The notes below the pieces were generated by a model. It saw nothing but the letters and a program-made list of their open reading frames with translations, did not search any database and was not told where the DNA came from. The translations under genes were made by a program, and so were the position numbers. A DNA stretch of 58,692 nucleotides. Source: a virus. Lineage: Duplodnaviria; Caudoviricetes. How positions within the stretch are numbered: the first letter of the stretch is position 1; each line of letters starts with the position of its first letter. Below are positions 55,410 to 58,692 of the stretch, piece after piece. The stretch lies in the IMG/VR virus record IMGVR_UViG_3300030102_006279, positions 1-58,692 of that record; one strand, given 5' to 3'.

Positions 55410-56230
55410 AGTCCACACATTCCTTCACATTCTTGATCCATGTTCTCGTCTTCAAATAAATCTAAATTAGGTTGCCCTCTTTCTGCACCTGTCCTTAAAT
55501 CTACATCTTGCATGGGTACACAAGACTTATGTAAAAAAACTTGATCATCGTTTTTCGTGCCAACTCTTATGGCATTGTCAAAATCAATAACACTCTGCCA
55601 TTCATCAGGATAGTTATCCCTTAAATTCTGCCACTCTTTGTTAGTTTTATAAGGACAAAAAGTGCATGCGCTTCTTGGCGGTGTTTTGCTATAATTTTTT
55701 TCAAACCAATCAATACAGCTTTGACGACTCATATTTTTTTCAACTAATGGATATTTATTTTCAATCCATTTGATTTGATTTTCTTTCATTCTACCTTGTT
55801 CGTCAGTGGATATGCCCATCCACAATTCAACATGAGTTCCTTTTTTTCTTTTTTCACCTTTTGCAAGTCCTAACATTTTTCTAATTTGTTGGTGCACAGG
55901 TTGTATTTTATAGTTTGAAGTGCATTGTCTTTTTAACAAACCTTTTTTACCTGTGGTTCCTGATACGGTGAAAACAGGTATGGTAAGAAAGTTCCAACGG
56001 CCTCTGCCATGTGCTGAGTCTATGGTATCTTGTCTTAGATCACCGTAACTAACGATGTGTATTGGGTAGGATACTTGTGTTTGCAGCCATTCAAACCACT
56101 CATAAACTTCTTGTGGCTCTGCTTTAGTATCTGCAAAGATAGCAGCGTCTACCATAGGTAGCTCACCTTTTTCTATCATTAAAGCTAAGGCACTACTTTG
56201 TACACCAGCGCCCAGTGATAATATTTTCAT
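55406..56230 (-). CDS. PAPS-reductase-like (adenine nucleotide alpha-hydrolase) protein
   Basis: SLGAGVQSS PP-loop variant, FADT, RQCT..YKI, GIS.DE, SACTFCPY, ECEGMC. Confidence 0.75.
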   Translation of the reverse strand: MKILSLGAGVQSSALALMIEKGELPMVDAAIFADTKAEPQEVYEWFEWLQTQVSYPIHIVSYGDLRQDTIDSAHGRGRWNFLTIPVFTVSGTTGKKGLLKRQCTSNYKIQPVHQQIRKMLGLAKGEKRKKGTHVELWMGISTDEQGRMKENQIKWIENKYPLVEKNMSRQSCIDWFEKNYSKTPPRSACTFCPYKTNKEWQNLRDNYPDEWQSVIDFDNAIRVGTKNDDQVFLHKSCVPMQDVDLRTGAERGQPNLDLFEDENMDQECEGMCGL

Positions 56231-56562
56231 TATTGATTTAACGGATTTCCTTTATTTATTATATCGTATAATTTTTGAAATTCTTTTTCTGCCCACATAG
56301 ACACATTGTGCTCTACGTTTTCAATATCCGTTTTTAGGCTTTCATCCTTGATCTTTAAATTTTTGTTCTCTGCTTCAAGTGTAGCTATTCTTTCTTGAAG
56401 TGCAGAGGTATCAGTTTCTTTAACATTACTAACGGCTTCCTCGGTAACTTGAAGCCTCGTATTGATATCGCTGACCCACCACACTATCCCCCCAGCCGCT
56501 GGTATCACCGATAATACTATCGATAGAAGCACCGCTGGTGATAAAGTCAATGTCTTGTTCAT
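56230..56562 (-). CDS. Membrane-anchored coiled-coil protein
   Basis: N-terminal TM then heptad repeats, ends NPL. Confidence 0.7.
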   Translation of the reverse strand: MNKTLTLSPAVLLSIVLSVIPAAGGIVWWVSDINTRLQVTEEAVSNVKETDTSALQERIATLEAENKNLKIKDESLKTDIENVEHNVSMWAEKEFQKLYDIINKGNPLNQ

Positions 56563-57895
56563 AAATAGGCTCCTGTATTAAAGAAATTGTTTCTACTATT
56601 TTAATCGTTTCTTGTATCTTTTGTAAATAGATAGTTGGCAACATTATTTGCTCAATCCCTGAATTTTTCTTAACAGTCCCAGAATCTTTAGATTTAGATT
56701 GTTTAGGCTTCTGTTCAGCCTTAGTTTTAGGCTCATTTTTTGATTCTGCAACCTCTGTTTCTTGTTCAGACTCGGACTTTTCCTCTTTTTCATCGGATTC
56801 TTCTTTTTGCTCTTCCGTATCTTCGGATTCTGCAACTTCTGTTTCTTCGCTAGTGCTTTCATTTGACTCTGTTGTTTCTGCCTCAACTTCTCCTTCTGGC
56901 TCTCCGACATCGTCGATGCTTGCGATTTCTTCGATTTCGGTGATTTCTTCGACTTCGACAACTTCTTCAATTTCGAGGACGGTGTCTTCAATGACGATGG
57001 GCTCTTCGATTTCAATGGTTGGCTCGATGACGATTTCTTCGGTGGTAATTTCATTTGTTTCCTCCTGCATAGTTTGTTCCTGTATTTCAGGTATAGGTTC
57101 AATGACAGCCACAGTTTGCACTGATATCTCCATATTCATGTCTGTTGGTATATCTAAAATAACGTCTGTAATAAGTTCAGTGGATAGATCTAAACCTTCA
57201 ATCAAAGTAATTTCTTCAACCTCTTCAACTATGTCAATAACCTCCACTATGTCCTCAACCTGTGGTAACGAAATTTGTGGCTCAGGTGTGGGTATGACAG
57301 TTTCACTAATAGTTAGATTTAAATTAATGTTGTCTACAATTGGCGCATACCAACCACTCCAATCACCGGTGTCAATACCTGTAATACTAAAATCAATACT
57401 GGTGTTATCCGTGGTCCATGAGTCGAGGGTCTGAGTGGAAAGACTATAGTCTTGCGTGCCATCGTTGTAATCTAGAGTTTGTTCTAGGATCAAGGTCTCT
57501 GTATTAGTGCCATCATAGAGTTCTATGACTGCTTGTACTTTGTCATAGTCTGTGCCTTGACTACACCAAGTGCTGCTATTGGCTTCATTGTTACAACCTA
57601 AAGCAGTAAACGACACATTGATATTGTTAATGTCGTAGCCTTCTTGTAAGTTCGTAATTGTCTGTGAAATGGTTTTACCCAAGTCAGATGACCAACGCAC
57701 TGACTTACATAGACCAGAAGCATCAGTACCACCTGCATAGCAACTATTGTCATGTTTAATTTTAGTTGAGTCTTCTACTGTCCAATCGTTAAGTTGGTTA
57801 GAAAAGTTACCGTTACTTAACAGGTTGTCCGTATTTTCTGCCCACGCTGAACACATCAGCATCAGACCAAGACTTATTGATAGTGCCGTCTTCAT
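56429..57895 (-). CDS. Secreted-type protein with beta-sandwich domain and long acidic stalk, 488 aa
   Basis: Signal peptide (..CSAWA), NLLSNGNFS..W carbohydrate-binding-like start, two Cys pairs, Glu-rich region. Confidence 0.7.
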   Translation of the reverse strand: MKTALSISLGLMLMCSAWAENTDNLLSNGNFSNQLNDWTVEDSTKIKHDNSCYAGGTDASGLCKSVRWSSDLGKTISQTITNLQEGYDINNINVSFTALGCNNEANSSTWCSQGTDYDKVQAVIELYDGTNTETLILEQTLDYNDGTQDYSLSTQTLDSWTTDNTSIDFSITGIDTGDWSGWYAPIVDNINLNLTISETVIPTPEPQISLPQVEDIVEVIDIVEEVEEITLIEGLDLSTELITDVILDIPTDMNMEISVQTVAVIEPIPEIQEQTMQEETNEITTEEIVIEPTIEIEEPIVIEDTVLEIEEVVEVEEITEIEEIASIDDVGEPEGEVEAETTESNESTSEETEVAESEDTEEQKEESDEKEEKSESEQETEVAESKNEPKTKAEQKPKQSKSKDSGTVKKNSGIEQIMLPTIYLQKIQETIKIVETISLIQEPIYEQDIDFITSGASIDSIIGDTSGWGDSVVGQRYQYEASSYRGSR

Positions 57896-58319
57896 TGAGT
57901 CTTCCTATTTTAATCCATTCTTTCGTTGCCTCTGGTCCTGTTTTACCTAGATAAGGACATGGAGAGCCTGCCATAGTCATGGCCTCGAATATGCGAGAAT
58001 CTTGACATAACAGTGCAGCGGCACTCACTTTGAGCCCTAGTTGTGCCATGGCCCTACTGAGCTTGATGCGCTCGCAATTTAAATCACGCACATGACCACC
58101 ACCTGATAATCCAATAAACGAAGTTTGCACTCCTGCCGATCTGGTCACAATACAAACATCTGCACCAGAGCCAATACTTAAACTAGGACTTACTGCAGTA
58201 GAGGGTGGTTGATTTTTGTAGTTGACCGTGCTGTCTGCCGAATGAGCTACATTGCTTAAGAAAAACAAAAAAAGAATAAGTGCTATCCAATAAAATCGTT
58301 CAATAAATTTTTTGATCAT
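57813..58319 (-). CDS. Secreted/membrane Cys-containing protein, 168 aa
   Basis: Signal-like N-terminus (..VAHSA), PPSTAVSP, NCERIKLS, LLCQD, GSPCP. Confidence 0.7.
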   Translation of the reverse strand: MIKKFIERFYWIALILFLFFLSNVAHSADSTVNYKNQPPSTAVSPSLSIGSGADVCIVTRSAGVQTSFIGLSGGGHVRDLNCERIKLSRAMAQLGLKVSAAALLCQDSRIFEAMTMAGSPCPYLGKTGPEATKEWIKIGRLNEDGTINKSWSDADVFSVGRKYGQPVK

Positions 58320-58546
58320 TTCATCTTCTCAAGTATGGTGTCTAATTTATCAGAGTTTTTATTAACCTGCTCTTTAATATATTTTACCTCGACTTCCATT
58401 ACTTGAACTTTTTCTACTTTTTTTCTTAAAACTTCAGTTTCTGCTTGTAGGTCATTAATTGTTGCTGTGGACACTCCCCAGGCAACACCTACTAATATTA
58501 AGGGACTAACAAAATATATTAAATTTTTAGGTTCTATATTCATCAT
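58316..58546 (-). CDS. Small TM plus coiled-coil protein
   Basis: LILVGVAWG then heptads, KLDTILEK. Confidence 0.7.
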   Translation of the reverse strand: MMNIEPKNLIYFVSPLILVGVAWGVSTATINDLQAETEVLRKKVEKVQVMEVEVKYIKEQVNKNSDKLDTILEKMK

Positions 58547-58692
58547 ACATTCCTACGAAGTTGATTTCTCTTAGCAATAAGTTCACCAAGAGGGTCGTTT
58601 GGAAAAACATTTTCATACTGTATTTGAGGCATTTCAGCTTGCGCCGTTTGTGTCGCTGCCGGTTCACCAATTTGCACAGGCGCACTTGGCTC
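58543..58692 (-). CDS. 3' end of the origin-spanning large internal virion protein
   Basis: Same frame as 1..3244 via the overlap; TGA at 58545-58543 overlaps the start of 58316..58546. Confidence 0.85.
   Translation of the reverse strand, partial: EPSAPVQIGEPAATQTAQAEMPQIQYENVFPNDPLGELIAKRNQLRRNV
58593..58692. repeat. Terminal overlap (right copy) of circular assembly
   Basis: Identical to 1-100 apart from one synonymous change (GAC/GAT, Asp, on minus strand). Confidence 0.97.

Noticed and set aside
56644-57434. Lys-rich alternate-frame ORF and Ser-rich antisense ORF
   Set aside because: Frame-shifted and antisense readings of the GAA-rich acidic stalk of 56429..57895
1-58692. tRNA/tmRNA genes and phage RNA polymerase
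   Set aside because: No cloverleaf with T-loop consensus in the intergenic gaps read, and no single-subunit RNAP motifs in any ORF; a tRNAscan-SE/HMM run would be needed to exclude them fully

Overview
The window is a complete, circularly permuted dsDNA tailed-phage genome of about 58.6 kb. Positions 1-100 repeat at 58593-58692 with one synonymous mismatch, and that join splits a 1097-aa gene missing from the ORF track. It is AT-rich and podovirus-like (portal, adaptor and nozzle proteins, large ejection-type proteins, no tape measure or sheath). Its layout resembles marine uvMED / HTVC023P-type pelagiphage-like genomes (recalled resemblance, not a search result). Nearly all genes are on the minus strand. 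Late arm (38.0 kb down to 1, wrapping to 56.2 kb): TerL, portal, GroES, scaffold, Mu-gpT-like capsid, many very basic small proteins, M15 endolysin, tail fibres with a gp38-like adhesin, glycosyltransferases, internal virion proteins, membrane module. Replication arm (56-43 kb): PAPS-reductase-like protein, UDP-sugar dehydrogenase, exonuclease, methylase, SNF2 and UvrD helicases, primase, PolA with Leu762. The most unusual features are non-coding. (i) Three co-oriented clusters of GC-rich CGGGAC/CGGCG bipartite repeats lie between TerS and TerL, each directly upstream of a sigma70-type promoter carrying a shared ATATGGGA box and driving a small-gene cassette; a VRR-NUC nuclease and an integrase-arm-domain/GIY-YIG fusion lie nearby. 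(ii) A perfect chromosomal-type parS palindrome is present with no ParB gene. (iii) A promoter- and terminator-bounded ~150-nt structured RNA follows polA. (iv) A double-pseudoknot RNA (probable Mu-gpT-DE motif) follows the capsid gene. All functional calls come from motif recognition by eye.
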